DNA from: Alphaproteobacteria bacterium
GTDB taxonomy: Bacteria; Pseudomonadota; Alphaproteobacteria; MPNO01
NCBI GenBank assembly: GCA_964291675.2
Contig: OZ219865.1
Location: 320,001 to 384,000, forward strand
Direction: 5' to 3'
DNA: 64,000 bases
Below the pieces are notes generated by a model that ran no database searches, was not told the DNA's origin, and was given only the letters and a program-made list of their open reading frames with translations. A program made the translations under genes and the position numbers. Below are positions 62,763-64,000 of this stretch, in pieces (the stretch's first letter is position 1; every line of letters begins with the position of its first letter).

Positions 62763-63758
62763 ATGGTCGCCAAGGTTCCGCTTACCATCGCGTGCGGCGA
62801 TTACGACCGGGTCGCGGCGATCAAGGACGGACGGGTCGAGGTCGAGGGCTGCGAGGTCACCTTCATCCCGATGGAGCCGGAAGAGGTTTTCTTCCGCGCC
62901 TTCCGCTTCCAGGAATTCGACTGCTGCGAGCTGTCGTTCTCCAGCTTCATGATCGTCACGGCGCGCAACGAGAGCCCGTTCGTCGGCATTCCCGCCTTCG
63001 TCTCCCGCGTGTTCCGCCATTCCGGGATCTATATCCGTACGGACAAGGGCATCGAGAAGCCGGAAGACCTGCGCGGCAAGACGGTCGGCCTGCCGGAATA
63101 CCAGATGACCGCGCCGGTCTGGATGCGCGGCATGCTGGAGGACGAGTACGGCGTGAAGCCGAACGAGATCCACTGGCGCTCGGGCGGGCAGGAGGAGGCC
63201 GGGCGGGACGAACGGACCCCGCTGGTGCTGACCAACGGCGTCGACCTCCAGCCGATCCCCGAGGACAAGACCCTGGTCGAGCTGTTCGAGGCGGGCGAGC
63301 TGGACGCGCTGCTCACCGCCCGCGCGCCGTCCAGCTTCCTCCAGGGCAAGCCCAATATCGCGCGCCTGTTCCCCGACTACCGGGCGGTCGAGCGGGCCTA
63401 TTGGGAGAAGACCAGGCTGTTCCCGATCATGCACCTGATGGGGGTGAAGAAATCGCTCGCCGAGCAATATCCCTGGCTGCCGGGCAGCCTCTACAAGGCG
63501 CTCTTGAAGGCCAAGGCGATCGCCCTCGAGGAGGTGCGCGAGATCGCGGCGCTCAACGTCACCCTGCCCTGGGTGGAAGCCGAGGCGCTGGAGACGCGGG
63601 CGTTCATGGGCGAGGATTACTGGCGCTACGGGGTCGCCGAATGCGCGCACGAGATCGAGACGATCACGCGCTACTCCTACGACCAGGGGCTGTCGGTCCG
63701 CAAGCTCGCCGCCGAGGACCTGTTCGCCCCGTCGACCTTCGAGATCTCCAAGATCTGA
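62763..63758 (+). CDS. 4,5-dihydroxyphthalate decarboxylase-like protein, paralog 2
   Basis: 'CGDYDR', 'FDCCELS', 'SRVFRHS', 'PEYQMTA.VW.RG', 'FPIMH'. Confidence 0.8.
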   Translation: MVAKVPLTIACGDYDRVAAIKDGRVEVEGCEVTFIPMEPEEVFFRAFRFQEFDCCELSFSSFMIVTARNESPFVGIPAFVSRVFRHSGIYIRTDKGIEKPEDLRGKTVGLPEYQMTAPVWMRGMLEDEYGVKPNEIHWRSGGQEEAGRDERTPLVLTNGVDLQPIPEDKTLVELFEAGELDALLTARAPSSFLQGKPNIARLFPDYRAVERAYWEKTRLFPIMHLMGVKKSLAEQYPWLPGSLYKALLKAKAIALEEVREIAALNVTLPWVEAEALETRAFMGEDYWRYGVAECAHEIETITRYSYDQGLSVRKLAAEDLFAPSTFEISKI

Positions 63759-63778
63759 GCGGCGGGCGGAGACGGAAG

Positions 63779-64000
63779 ATGGACGAGGTGCCGCTGGAGA
63801 TTTCGATCGAGGAGCTCGACCGCATGCGCAAGGCGGGCGAGAGCCACGTCCTGCTCGACATACGCGAGCCGCACGAGCTCGCGATCAGCGCGCTGTCCGG
63901 CAGCCTCGACATCCCCATGGGAAGCGTGCCGGAACGCCTCGACGAGCTGCCCAGGGACGCGACCATCGCCGTTCTCTGCCGCACCGGCAACCGCAGCATG
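63779..64000 (+). CDS. Rhodanese-like protein (3'-truncated by window edge)
   Basis: 'LLDIREPHE', 'IPMG', active loop 'CRTGNRS'; not in ORF track because there is no stop in the window. Confidence 0.85.
   Translation, partial: MDEVPLEISIEELDRMRKAGESHVLLDIREPHELAISALSGSLDIPMGSVPERLDELPRDATIAVLCRTGNRSM

Overview
High-GC alphaproteobacterial chromosome segment, probably origin-proximal. Evidence for this: ssb-gyrA-coaD and pcm-tolC-popZ-valS synteny, plus three perfect parS palindromes. It carries many solute-binding/TRAP transporters and aromatic or N-heterocycle catabolic genes, two type II TA pairs, an hsdM-hsdS pair without hsdR, tRNA-Asn and tRNA-Cys (each with accessory DNA at its 3' side), and dense CGTC-tagged REP-like palindromes. 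The most notable structure is a three-level nest at 21.8-27.6 kb. A REP loop is interrupted by an IS4-family element, and that element's transposase is interrupted by a 4,409-bp TG...CA transposon with a 5-bp target duplication (ACCCG). The inner transposon encodes a Zn/HTH protein, a DDE transposase, an AAA+ ATPase and, unusually, a RepA-like helicase followed by an iteron-like palindrome. Also found: a ~413-bp MITE that inserts into REP loops, and a lower-GC three-gene cassette beside tRNA-Cys that may be an undescribed defence/TA module. All calls come from motif reading by eye; no database searches were run.
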